A stretch of 64,000 bases of DNA from Sedimentisphaerales bacterium (lineage in GTDB: Bacteria > Planctomycetota > Phycisphaerae > Sedimentisphaerales > SM23-30): positions 128,001 to 192,000 of the forward strand of contig CAXXFK010000013.1 of the NCBI GenBank assembly GCA_963663965.2. The letters run 5' to 3'. Positions 27,601 through 37,800 of this stretch are shown here, one piece after another. The position numbers and the translations under genes are program-made. How positions within the stretch are numbered: position 1 is the first letter of the stretch; each line of letters starts with the position of its first letter. The notes beneath the pieces are model-generated. The model had not been told where the DNA came from and searched no databases. It saw only the letters and a program-made list of their open reading frames with translations.

Positions 27601-29489
27601 TTGGTGGCGGTGGCCGAACCACTGATGCAATTGAGACCGGTGGAGTTTTTGTAAGCGGTACAATTGGTTATGACAGCATCGCCGCCATCGACGCAAATTG
27701 CTGTGGTATTGTAGCGGAAGTAGCAGTTGACGACAGTGGCCGTGCTGTTGGCCGGGACGATGATGGCGCCGCCTTTGGGATTGAGGCCTTTGGAATTGTT
27801 TTCAAAGGCGCAGTTGGTGATATTTACGGTGGAATAATCCAGCAGGATGGCACCGCCGTAAACCGAGCCGGCCTGGTTGCCGTCGATAAATCGGATATTG
27901 GAGACTTCGGACCCCTCGCCGGCGTGCAGGAAATAGAGTGAAAGGAAGGACTGGCCGCCATCCAGGTGGGTTTTATCCACACCGGCGCCGACAAGTTTGA
28001 CCGGTTTGAAAAATATCACGATATTTTCGGAGTAAGTTCCCTCCGCGATATTGACTGTTCCGCCCGAATCGACCATTACCGTGGCCAGTTGGATCGAGGA
28101 ATAAGCGTCCCACCCCCAGATGTGACCGTCATTGTCACCATTTTCTGTATAGGAAGCGTTTACCCAGACTTCTTTGGGATAACCCGGTTCGATATAAAAA
28201 CCGGCGCTAGTTTCTTGTCTGAAATCGAAGCCGCCCGGGGTCAGGTCATCGATATTGTAATAGCCATCCTTGCTGCCGCTCCAACCCCAGTTGAAGTGGA
28301 ATAGATTGGCGCTGTCGTAGCCGTCGCAGACAAAGGAATGGCCGACTACTCCGTTATCGCCCTGATAAGGCAGCGGCCGGCCGGCGCTGAGTTCGCCTTT
28401 GAGCATATTGATCCAATCGGTCGTACTGTAGTGGGTTCCATTGGGCCAGGGATAGTCGGAATCCTTTGGGATATAGGTGGCGCCGGGATTATAATGGTAA
28501 TGGTTTTTTAACGCATCGACCATCAAGCTTGTGTGGGAACTGGAGGCGCCGGGCTTATATTTCATATTGAGGGCATTGCCGCAATGGCGCATGAGCAGAG
28601 CGACTTCCAGACCGCCTTCGTAAGGGCTGGGATTGCCGGTGAGTAAATTGGAGCCCACCTTTTCAGGCATGATGGCCCAGTTGTATCGGGCCTGGCTGTA
28701 ATCGACCGTATAAGCATCATAGCCATTGCAAGCACTCTCGCACTGATAGGGCGGATCCCAGGTATGCGAACCGGAGCCGACCGGGGGCCATTCCCAGTAT
28801 TTCATGATCTGGGCCATGGTGGTGGCGACGCAGCCGGTGGGTGGCACGCGATAACCGGCCCAGTTTTTTTCCCAGGGGCAATAATAGTCATAGGATTTGT
28901 ACCACACGCCCGAGTAGGTCGATTTGCCGCCCTGGTCCCATCTGGTCTGGATCAGGGGATCGACCGTGGGCAGATAAGATAATGTGCTGATATTTAAAGA
29001 AGGTAATATAAGCGGTTCTTCAACGGGATCATGCCAGGCTTCCTCCGCATTGGGGAGCGGAGACAGATTCGTCGCGATCGCCTGGGAGATCTCTACTTTG
29101 ACCGTTTCCATCCACCATTGGCATTGTGGCGGGGTATCATCGGGAGTCCAGGCGCCTTCATTCGAATAAGCAATCATCGGGTAAGCGACATCATTCGCCG
29201 CGATAATCATCCAGCCTTCCGGGATCAGGTTAAAGATGTAATAAATGGGGGTGTCGCCATCGTATTCAGCGATCATTTCGCGGACATCCAGGGTTGACAG
29301 AGATGGATTTGCCATTAATAAGCCTGGCTGGGTAGCGGATGGGGGGGATGGTTGTGAGTTTAAATGGTTCAGGCCAACCTGGATTGCCTGGCCGGGGGAT
29401 ACGTAATCAGCCAGGGTCTGCTGAGTAGCAATACACAGACCTACAGCAAGCGCAACGACAGAAATCGATTTACCCGAAAAAATATTCAT
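24663..29489 (-). CDS. Secreted C10 (streptopain-like) cysteine peptidase with prodomain, parallel beta-helix repeat blocks and C-terminal dockerin-like domain
   Basis: W.Q, TGCVAT..AQIM.YW, GHSFVCDGY, FHFNWGW.G..DGY; many GGAI/F..N repeats; GDINQDC.I...DL / DLN.DG.VD..DL. Confidence 0.9.
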   Translation of the reverse strand: MNIFSGKSISVVALAVGLCIATQQTLADYVSPGQAIQVGLNHLNSQPSPPSATQPGLLMANPSLSTLDVREMIAEYDGDTPIYYIFNLIPEGWMIIAANDVAYPMIAYSNEGAWTPDDTPPQCQWWMETVKVEISQAIATNLSPLPNAEEAWHDPVEEPLILPSLNISTLSYLPTVDPLIQTRWDQGGKSTYSGVWYKSYDYYCPWEKNWAGYRVPPTGCVATTMAQIMKYWEWPPVGSGSHTWDPPYQCESACNGYDAYTVDYSQARYNWAIMPEKVGSNLLTGNPSPYEGGLEVALLMRHCGNALNMKYKPGASSSHTSLMVDALKNHYHYNPGATYIPKDSDYPWPNGTHYSTTDWINMLKGELSAGRPLPYQGDNGVVGHSFVCDGYDSANLFHFNWGWSGSKDGYYNIDDLTPGGFDFRQETSAGFYIEPGYPKEVWVNASYTENGDNDGHIWGWDAYSSIQLATVMVDSGGTVNIAEGTYSENIVIFFKPVKLVGAGVDKTHLDGGQSFLSLYFLHAGEGSEVSNIRFIDGNQAGSVYGGAILLDYSTVNITNCAFENNSKGLNPKGGAIIVPANSTATVVNCYFRYNTTAICVDGGDAVITNCTAYKNSTGLNCISGSATATNTIFWDNFDSQIAGSGTLIVSYCDVEGGYPGVGNIDANPSFLDAGAGDLHLTGSSVCIDRGLNAAPALPDIDFDGGARIVNGGVNGNRVDIGCDEYARVLYVRYNATGANNGTSWYDAYTRLQDALSAAVPSTEIWISQGTYYPGASGQRDQSFVLKAGVAVYGGFGQYGYPQWESRDPARYHVTLSGDLNRNSQFDTADAYHVLYAKAGGIGPDTILDGVTITRGNADGAYPDYYGGGIYIESASPTIRNCQFTNNKSTNQGGAISAFNSTMTLESCLFSGNESQTGGAIRFGHSSPIIRDCRFDSNATTANNGHGGAIYMEYDFDSEPGRIESCYFHNNNAISSGGAIYIKSFSTTPAFLISNSVFSSNQAGQYGSGGAIFASSSKIDLKNCTLWNNQVTYNLNFNAHGLFLSSSTATIVNSILWDNTPGKEIHSSSSSYSISYTDIRGGAGGAGNLNSDPMFVDAGGGNLRLTINSPCINKGSFAETLPDDYDGNPRDCLIDLGAYEFQIPHPLTFYVNDNATGGNTGLNWANALTDLTNALKLAEPGDTIWVAAGTYIPSTPLDPGDVRTASFQMKNGVALIGGLAGNEDPQTFDLAQRDITGNLTVLSGDIGTSSLADNCYHVIDNTEDLALDHTAILDGFTITHGYNDLAPDHVHGNGAGICIDSGSPVIRNCRITDNHCTQSNGAGIYVFNGQPEITRCDFSQNVATQGNGGGLYSAYATSVIERSLFIENTGLNGGAFALQQSSASISQCLMRNNTAQNGGAIYHSLSGLVNVNNCTIYDNAATSQGIVQSVQTAGDGRLQLLNSIVWNSSGQPLVIDASMISVQNCDIESSGSSDNWLLTGITDLGGNIDQDPQFDSLAPFHLAKGSPCVDTGHNYIDLPPTDLDNTNRLFDGNCDGQAVVDMGIYEYAQYYPGDINQDCMINTYDLSAFSHCWMLSDLTSCLKTDLNTDGVVDIVDLQVLCNIWLIDYQ

Positions 29490-29788
29490 GATTTTTCCTT
29501 ACCTTCTTTTGAGGTTTAGCATTCTTGTTTAGAGAACCAGAAACTCAATACATGCAGTATAATAGATTCATGGACTCGTTGCAATAATATAAAATAAAGG
29601 TTACTTTTGGTATCGGAATAATCGCTCGGAATGTTTGATAATTTTTATATTTAATGTGTGTTAATACCATACCGCATGGTTTGTCTGGAATTGCCAGCTG
29701 AAAATTTGTCCGGGTCTGGTTGAGGATATTTTAAGTCATTATATTTAAAAAGGTTAGATGATATTTTGAAAATATTGTTTTATTTTAA

Positions 29789-29816
29789 TTGACAATTTAA
29801 AATGCTTATTTAAAAT
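29789..29816 (+). promoter_or_regulatory. sigma70 promoter with overlapping palindromic (TetR-type) operator candidate
   Basis: TTGACA 29789-29794, N16, TAAAAT 29811-29816; TTTAAA-N7-TTTAAA at 29796-29814. Confidence 0.6.
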
Positions 29817-29847
29817 GTGCTTTTTAATCGATGGCCTGAGTTGATCC

Positions 29848-30522
29848 ATGGAAGATAAAACCATAAAAGAATGTCAATGTGTTTGTGTCCGTGAGCGCTT
29901 ATTAGCCGCAGCGATGGAAATCTTTGCGCAGAAGGGTTATCACGAAACGACGATATCTGATATCAGCAAGAAAGCCCAGGCCAATGTAGCGGCGGTCAAT
30001 TATTATTTTGGATCGAAGGACAATCTTTATATCGAAGTCTGGAAGACGGCATTCGAGGAGACTCTGCGAGCATATCCACCGGATGGGGGCTTGGGGGACG
30101 ATGCCAGCGATGAAGAGAAATTGAAGGCGTTGATTTACGCCCATACCTGGCGGATGATGGATCCCAGCAGTTATGGGTTGGCCGGCAGTATTGTTATCCG
30201 GGAGATGGTGCAGCCAACCGAAGTGATTCAATCAGTGCGTGACCGCGTTCTGGAACCGCTGCACCGGCGTTCGTCCCAGATTATCCGGAATCTATTGGGG
30301 CCCGGGGCTACCGATAAGCAGATTCTCTTATGCTGCTTGAGTATCATTCATCAGTGTCTGGCATTTGGTGTCCGTCGGCTCACCAATAGCGGTATTCCGA
30401 TATTCTTGAAAAATCTGATGGAAGAGCCGGATATTATCAATGAAATGGCTGAGCATGTCTATCGGTTTTCACTGGGCGGGATTTACGCGCTTCGTCAACA
30501 ATTAGAAAGTCGGGGATCATGA
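29848..30522 (+). CDS. TetR/CecR-family transcriptional regulator
   Basis: RERLL.AA.EIFA.KGY..TT..DI...A.AN.AAVNYYFGSK; C-terminal H..FSL.GI. Confidence 0.92.
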   Translation: MEDKTIKECQCVCVRERLLAAAMEIFAQKGYHETTISDISKKAQANVAAVNYYFGSKDNLYIEVWKTAFEETLRAYPPDGGLGDDASDEEKLKALIYAHTWRMMDPSSYGLAGSIVIREMVQPTEVIQSVRDRVLEPLHRRSSQIIRNLLGPGATDKQILLCCLSIIHQCLAFGVRRLTNSGIPIFLKNLMEEPDIINEMAEHVYRFSLGGIYALRQQLESRGS

Positions 30523-31912
30523 CCATCGCGGCCCAAGCCAAATCCACCGCAGTCATTACCGATCTGACGCAGGGATCGGTAGCCTCGCAACTGGTCAAGA
30601 TGACCGGATCGGTACTGGTGGGTTTTGTGGCGGCCGCCGCATTTAATATTACCGACACCTATTTTGTCAGCAAGCTGGGCACCAACGAGTTGGCTGCGAT
30701 GGGTTTTGTCATGCCGGTTACGATGGTGATTTTTGGATTGACCATCGGGCTGGCGCAAGGCGCCAATTCGACGGTATCGCGCGCGATTGGAGCGGGTAAA
30801 CTCGATCTGGTGCACGAACTGACGATCAGCGCCATGACCCTGGGCCTGACTTTTGTAGGGTTGGCCATTGTGATCGGGCTGGCAACCCTCTCGCCTTTAT
30901 TTCGTTTGATGGGCGCCAACGAAGAGACCCTACCCCTGGTGGTCGAATATATGCAGATCTGGTATCTGGGCATGCTGTTTCAGGTGATTCCGGTGATTGG
31001 GAACAATATCATGAGAGCGACCGGGGACATGCTCTCGCCCAGTGTGAATATGATTATCAGCATGTGTCTGAATATTATTCTGGATCCTATTCTTATCTTC
31101 GGCTGGGGTCGGGTACCGGCGATGGGAATCAAGGGGGCCGCCATCGCAACTGTGGCTTGCCGGGGGGTCTCGCTGGTAATAGCTTTTTATTTATTGTATT
31201 ATCATAAACGTATTTTACAGTTTATTGCAGTACCTGTTCGACGTATGATGATCCAGTGGCGGGAAATTCTGATGACGGGTGTCCCGGTAACAGCCGTTCA
31301 CATCATGTTACCGATCGCCATGGGAGTAATCGTCTGGATCGCCGGCTGGTTTGGCACCGAAGCGGTCGCCGCGATCAGCGCCGGTGTCCGGTTGGAGCAC
31401 GCTATGGTCATTCCCATCTTTGCCATGGGCGCCGCCATGATTCCATTTGGCGGACAGAATTGGGGAACCGTCGAATCGATCGGGTGGAACAGGGACATTT
31501 GTTTTTAGTCAAGCTGTCTCTGATCTGGGGGGCAGTCAGTGTTGCGTTATTTTATGCCGCCGGCCGCCCCATTGCTGAATTGTTCAGCAAGGATGACGCT
31601 GTTCTGAAATTTTTGATGATATATATGGTGATCATGCCGTTTGTGTTCGGTTTCCGGGGATTAAATCACATTGGATGCTGTTTGATGAATGCCATTCGAT
31701 ATCCGATGCACGCGGCGATGGTTACGTTTATGCGTTTTGTCATTTTTCTGCTACCCATTGCAATCCTGGGGGCGAAATGGTATGGTTTTAAAGGATTTTT
31801 ACTGGGGATAGTGGCTGCGGACATTGTGACAGGAATAATCGCCACAGTATGGGTCAGGAAATTGTACCATAAAGGCGTGTCAAACTTGTTCTATACGGAG
31901 TTGGAGTCATGA
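30519..31912 (+). pseudogene. MATE efflux transporter, split by a frameshift (one base missing) at the G-run 31462-31465
   Basis: DLT.G.V, DT.FV..LG..ELAA, NIILDP.LIFG; adding one G restores QNWG-NRRIDRV and joins ORFs 30519-31508 and 31256-31912. Confidence 0.85.
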
Positions 31913-33354
31913 CCATTCATCGTATTTTGACTGTTTTCATACTGATCGCTTCCTCAGCGGGGGGGCTGTTATGGTTGTCTGGGTGCCGAGTAACGCATCG
32001 CGAGCCCCAGGTCGCGGCATTCATTCCGGAGCAATTCAGCGCGGCGCCAGACCGCCCCCAGGGGGATCCCTTGCCTCAGAAATGGTGGGAGTCTTTTGGG
32101 GATGCGAGTTTGAATGAACTGATTGAGCGAGCCATGGGAGATAATTTCTCGATCCGATCCGCCTGGGATCGGCTCAGTCAGGCGGAACAGGTGGCGGCGA
32201 AGACGGGCGTGCGTCTGCTACCGACGTTGAGTTATTCCGCCGGATATACCCGCAGTCATCAGGAAACCGGGCCACTGGAAATCGATACCGATCGATATTC
32301 AGCGGGATTATCCGCTTCGTACGAGCTGGATATCTGGGGTGAAATCCGCAGTGAACGGGAAGCGGCCCGGCTGGATGTATTGGCCACCGAACAGAGTATC
32401 GCTTCGGCGGCTATGACCCTCAGCGCCGGGATTGCAAAAATCTGGTATCAACTGGCGGATTCCGCTCAGTTCCTTTCGGTGCTGAATGACCAATTGGAAA
32501 CGAATCGCAAAATTCTGGATTTGATAACGTTTCAAGCGCAAAACGGCAAGGCAGGCAGCGCCGATGTCTATCGTCAGCGCCAACTGATTGAGAATACCCA
32601 GGGATTGATTGTGCAGGCCCGCCAGCGGGATTTACTATTACAGCATCAGCTGGCTATTCTGATTGGAATAGCCCCAGGAGCGCACTGGCAGGAACGGAGT
32701 CATGATTTGCCCGATCCGGGCGTATTGCCGGCCCTGGCCGTGCCGGCGGATATCCTGCAGAACCGGCCGGATGTGCAAACCGCCTGGCTGCAAATCAAGG
32801 CGGCCGACTTACGAGTGAATGTGGCACAGGCAGACCGGTATCCCAGTCTGACATTGAGTGCCGGTGTCAGTACCAGTTCGGAAAAGCTGGTCGATCTATT
32901 TGATGACTGGCTGGCGACACTGGCCGGGACTATCGCCGGGCCTTTGTTTGACGCGGGATTGCGCCAGATTGAAGTGGAGCGTACCCGGGCGGTCCTGTCG
33001 CAACGGCTGAACGATTATCGCCAGACGCTATTAACGGCGCTGAAAGAAGTAGAGGACGCCCTGGTCAATGAAGATCATCAGCGTAAGTATCTGTTGAGCT
33101 TGCAGGAACAGTTAAAGCTGGCCAACCAGGTTTATGATCGTACCCGGCAGCAGTATCTGGGGGGGCAACTCGATTATATCCGGGTACTGGAGTCGCTGGT
33201 TTCTCAGCAGAATCTGCAAAGGAGTCTGGTTACTGCCAGGCGGCAACTGGTGGAATACCGGGTTGATTTATGCCGTGCGATCGCTTCGGGCTGGCTGGGT
33301 GAGCGGCCGGAAAGCGCCACCATGGTGGCGGAGAGTGAAGCGGCGGATCGTTGA
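31909..33354 (+). CDS. Efflux outer-membrane factor (NodT/TolC-family lipoprotein)
   Basis: Lipobox LSGC, WW..F.D..L..LI..A...N, SYELD.WG, RPDV..A, EVEDAL. Confidence 0.92.
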   Translation: MTIHRILTVFILIASSAGGLLWLSGCRVTHREPQVAAFIPEQFSAAPDRPQGDPLPQKWWESFGDASLNELIERAMGDNFSIRSAWDRLSQAEQVAAKTGVRLLPTLSYSAGYTRSHQETGPLEIDTDRYSAGLSASYELDIWGEIRSEREAARLDVLATEQSIASAAMTLSAGIAKIWYQLADSAQFLSVLNDQLETNRKILDLITFQAQNGKAGSADVYRQRQLIENTQGLIVQARQRDLLLQHQLAILIGIAPGAHWQERSHDLPDPGVLPALAVPADILQNRPDVQTAWLQIKAADLRVNVAQADRYPSLTLSAGVSTSSEKLVDLFDDWLATLAGTIAGPLFDAGLRQIEVERTRAVLSQRLNDYRQTLLTALKEVEDALVNEDHQRKYLLSLQEQLKLANQVYDRTRQQYLGGQLDYIRVLESLVSQQNLQRSLVTARRQLVEYRVDLCRAIASGWLGERPESATMVAESEAADR

Positions 33355-33432
33355 CAGTCGAAATATCAGAATTATATGTGATCTCATTGTTGATACTAAA
33401 AAATTCAGAAAACTCAAATAGAGATGGCGTAG

Positions 33433-33537
33433 TATGCCCAATGGGTATGAAGATTCCCGATCGCTCGCAAGATAAGTATTTACCCATGTAGAACTTATAT
33501 TGCGGCCCAGCGGGCATTTTTCATTGTAAGCCGTATA
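33433..33537. mobile_element. ~105-bp ERIC-like MITE, copy 3 (inside efflux operon spacer)
   Basis: Matches the other two copies; inner inverted repeat atgaagattcccg / cgggcatttttcat. Confidence 0.7.
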
Positions 33538-33562
33538 TTATCCTATTCACGAGGTATGACTC

Positions 33563-34819
33563 ATGAAGAACAAAGGTTCCGTCTTGTATTCGTTGATTAA
33601 GCTGGTTCTGGTAATTGGCATTATTGGAGGATCGGCGCTTTATGCTAAATATTTGTTCGATAACCGTCCCGAGGCGTCGTTGCGAAAACCGCCCCGAGCC
33701 GCCCGGACCGTGACTGTGGTGACCGCAGAACGGGGGGATCACCGGGCAACGATTCATGCCATGGGTACGGTCCTGCCGGCCCGGTCTGTTACTATAACAC
33801 CTGAAGTATCCGGTTTGCTGGAATACCTTAGTGACGATATCATTCCGGGTGGCATTATTCAGGCCGGTCAGGAGTTGGCGAGGATTGATTCGAGGGATTA
33901 TCAAATTGCGTTAAAACAGCGTGAAACCGAGGTTGCGCGCGCGGAAGTGAATATCCGGCTGGAGGAGGGGAATCAGGCGGTTGCCCGACAGGAATATGAA
34001 CTGCTGGGCGAGTCGATCAATAATCAGCAGCAGGAATTGATATTACGAAAGCCGCAACTGGAGCAGGTCCAGGCAGCGCTGGAAGCCGCCAGAATTGCCC
34101 AGGATAAAGCGAAACTCGATCTGAGCCGGTGTATTGTCAAGGCGCCTTTTAACGGGATTGTATCCGCCAAATCAGTAGAATTGGGCGCTCGTGTCGCGCC
34201 GGGCACCGGTTTGCTGACCATGACGGGCACCGATGAATACTGGATTGAAGTCGCCATATTTACCGACAAGCTCTCTTCCATAGGCATTCCGGAAGGTAAT
34301 GGCCGCGATGGTTCTCGTGTTCAGATCTATGATGAGGCCGCCTGGGGACGTGGTGTTTATCGCGAAGGTCGCGTCATTCGTTTGTTACCTGCCCTGGAAG
34401 AGAAAGGCCGCATGGCTCGTCTGCTGATCAGTGTGAAAGATCCACTCGGTCTGAATTCTTCTCAGAAAAAGCAACCGCGATTATTGCTGGATTCTTATGT
34501 CCGTGTTGAGATCGAGGGTAAATTGTTAACTGATGTGATTCCGGTTGACTGGGGCCATGTTCGTAATGGCGGGGATGTCTGGGTGATGAATTCCCAGCGT
34601 GAATTGAATATTAAACCGGTAGAATTTGCTTTTAAGGATAAAAATACTGTTTTTGTCCGCAGCGGGATCGAGCCTGGCGATCAGATTGTCACTACTTTGA
34701 TCGCCGCACCGGTGGAAGGCATGAAACTTCGTCTTGAAACCGATCCATTACCCCAGCTTGAAGGTGGAAAAGCAGGCGAAAAATCTGAGGAAAAACCCAA
34801 AGCACTTGCGGTCCATTAA
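33563..34819 (+). CDS. RND efflux periplasmic adaptor (MFP)
   Basis: N-terminal TM, GTV.P...V.I.PEVSG, V.APFNG.V. Confidence 0.92.
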   Translation: MKNKGSVLYSLIKLVLVIGIIGGSALYAKYLFDNRPEASLRKPPRAARTVTVVTAERGDHRATIHAMGTVLPARSVTITPEVSGLLEYLSDDIIPGGIIQAGQELARIDSRDYQIALKQRETEVARAEVNIRLEEGNQAVARQEYELLGESINNQQQELILRKPQLEQVQAALEAARIAQDKAKLDLSRCIVKAPFNGIVSAKSVELGARVAPGTGLLTMTGTDEYWIEVAIFTDKLSSIGIPEGNGRDGSRVQIYDEAAWGRGVYREGRVIRLLPALEEKGRMARLLISVKDPLGLNSSQKKQPRLLLDSYVRVEIEGKLLTDVIPVDWGHVRNGGDVWVMNSQRELNIKPVEFAFKDKNTVFVRSGIEPGDQIVTTLIAAPVEGMKLRLETDPLPQLEGGKAGEKSEEKPKALAVH

Positions 34820-34890
34820 CTGGTATTTCGCGATTAAGTCAATTTTCTAAATTTTAAATCAGCCAACATGTCCGTTTACGGAAAACCATC

Positions 34891-37800
34891 ATGGAACAAA
34901 ACAAATTAAAACCTGAGCTGAATAAGGGTTCGATTGCCTGGATGGCGTCAAATCGGGTGACGCCCAATATCATCATGCTGATTCTGCTGATAGGCGGTTT
35001 ATATTTTGCGGCCAAAATCAAGCAGGAGGTATTTCCCGAATTCAGTCTGGATATGGTCCAGATCATGGTGCCCTACCCGGGGGCCAGTCCGGAAGAAGTG
35101 GAGCAGGGCATTATCCTGGCTATTGAGGAAGGGATCCGCGGACTGGATGGCATTAAAGAAATCTCCGCGGTAGCCAATGAGGGAATGGGTATGGTCACCG
35201 CCGAATTGCTGGAAGGAGTCGATACCCAGCGGGTCTATCAGGATATCAAACAGGAAATTGACCGGATCGTGACTTTCCCGCTGGATGCCGAGGAGCCTGA
35301 GGTCAGTTTAATCATCCGCAAACGCCAGGTGCTACAGATCCAGATCTATGGTGATGTGAGCGAAATGGTTTTGCGTGAGCTGGCCGAACAGGTTCGCGAT
35401 AATCTGCTCAATGATCCGGGGATCACTCAGGTGGAGCTGGATGGCGCGCGCGATTACGAAATCCATGTCCAGATCGACCGGGAAACCCTGAGGCGATATA
35501 ATTTAACCCTGGCGGAAGTTTCTGATCGTATCCGGCAAACCGCGATCGAACTGCCCGGCGGTTATATCGAAACCGCCGGAGGCGATCTGCTGTTACGCAT
35601 GAAGGATCGGCGTGACTGGGCCTATCAGTTTGCACGAATGCCGATAATCACCACCGAGGATGGGACCCTGCTCTATCTGGATGATATCGCGCAGGTTACG
35701 GAAGGTTTCAAAGATGTGGATCAGGCGGCCTGGTTCGACGGTAAACGGGCGATCGGGGTTTCAGTATTTCGAGTGGGTCGCCAGACCCCCATTGGCGTAT
35801 CGAAAGCCGGCCGCAAGGCGATGGAAAGCATTGAGGCGATCCTGCCTGAAGGAGTCAACTGGACAATCAGCGATGATAATTCCGAGATTTACCGTCAGCG
35901 TCTGGAACTCTTGCTGAAAAATGCCGCGATGGGTTTATCGCTGGTCTTTATTCTGCTGGCTCTTTTTCTGGAATTGAAGCTGGCCTTCTGGGTGATGATG
36001 GGGATTCCGATCTCGTTTCTGGGCAGTTTTCTGTTTCTGAACGGGATGGATGTCACGATTAATATGGTCTCGATGTTCGCCTTTATTATCGCGCTGGGTA
36101 TTGTGGTCGATGACGCGATCGTCGTGGGTGAAAATATTTATGAATATCGCAACCGGGGGATGAGTTATCTGGAGGCCTCGATCCGGGGCGCTCGAGATGT
36201 GTCGGGTCCGGTAGTGTTCAGTATTCTGACCAATATTGTCGCGTTTTTGCCGCTTTGTTTTATTCCCGGCATCATGGGTAAAATATGGATTGTGATCCCG
36301 GCGGTGGTGATTACCGTCTTTTCAATTTCACTGATTGAATCGCTGTATATTTTACCGGCGCATCTCAGCCATTATAAAGAGCCCCGGCCCGGTTCCTTAA
36401 ATGAAATGATTCATCGGGCTCAACAGGCGTTCAGCCGGCAATTCGAGCGGTTTATTCGCAATGTCTTTGGTCCATTTCTGGATTTCTGTATCCGTCATCG
36501 TCAGATTACCATGGCAATTGCTTTGGCCACCTTGATATTTTTCGTCAGTTGGGTATTAAGCGGCCGGGTCGGGTTGATCATGATGCCACGCGTGGAGGCG
36601 GACAAGTCGGCCGTTACCGCGGTGTTACCTTATGGCAGTCCGATCAGCCGGGTTGAAGAGGTGGCCCGTTATCTGACACAAGTCGGGGAAGAACTCGTTA
36701 AGGATAACGGAGACGACCGGTTAAGTACGGGTATCTATAGCAGTATTAATGAAAACAAAATCGATATCCAGATGTTCCTGACGGTCCCAAGTGTACGGCC
36801 TTTAACGACGGCCAAAGTGACTGATTTGTGGCGTCAGAAAGCGGGTCAGATTCCGGGTCTGGAATCGATCCGTTTTGAATCCGACCGTGGCGGACCGGGA
36901 TCCGGCGCGGCCATTTCCATTGAACTCAGTCATCGAAATATTGATACGCTGGATCGCGCCAGCGCCGCACTGGCAGACCGGCTGGAAGATTTTCCTAATG
37001 TCAAAGACATCGATGATGGTTATACCCCCGGTAAATCTCAGATTGATTTCAAGATAAAGCCTGAAGGTCAGAGTCTGGGATTAACTTCGAGTTCTATCGC
37101 AAGGCAGGTACGTAACTCTTTTTATGGCGCTGAAGCACTCCGGCAACAGCGCGGTCGGAATGAAATCCGTGTTCGTGTAAAGCTTCCGGATGAGCAGCGC
37201 CAGAGTGAATATGATGTCGAGAATCTTCTGATCCGGACACCTGCCGGGCGCGATGTACCACTCATGCAAGTGGCTGAAGTTACCCGTGGCCGGGCTTATA
37301 CGACGATATCGCGACGCAACAGTCGGCGAACAGTCATGGTGACGGCCAATATCGATCCAATTGAAGATACTGAAAAAGTAAAGGAAAAATTGTCTGATGA
37401 AATATTGCCTGAACTTTTGAGTCATTTTCCAGGATTGACTTACGCCTGGGAAGGACGGCAGGCCGACTTTGGTGAAAGCATGTCATCGCTCAAGATGGGC
37501 TTTGTTCTGGCGATACTGGCGATTTACGCTCTGCTGGCCATCCCTTTTAAGAGTTATTCCCAGCCTCTTATCATTATGGTGGCGATCCCGTTCGGCGTGG
37601 TCGGTGCGATTATTGGTCATATGATCATGGGTTACGCGATCAGTCTTTTGAGTTTGATGGGGATAATCGCTTTGACCGGGGTCGTCGTTAACGATTCACT
37701 GGTTCTGATCGATTGTGCCAATAACTTGCGTCGCGATGAGGGGCTTGGCGCCTTTGACGCTATCCATCAAGCCGGCGTTCGCCGTTTCCGCCCGATTATG

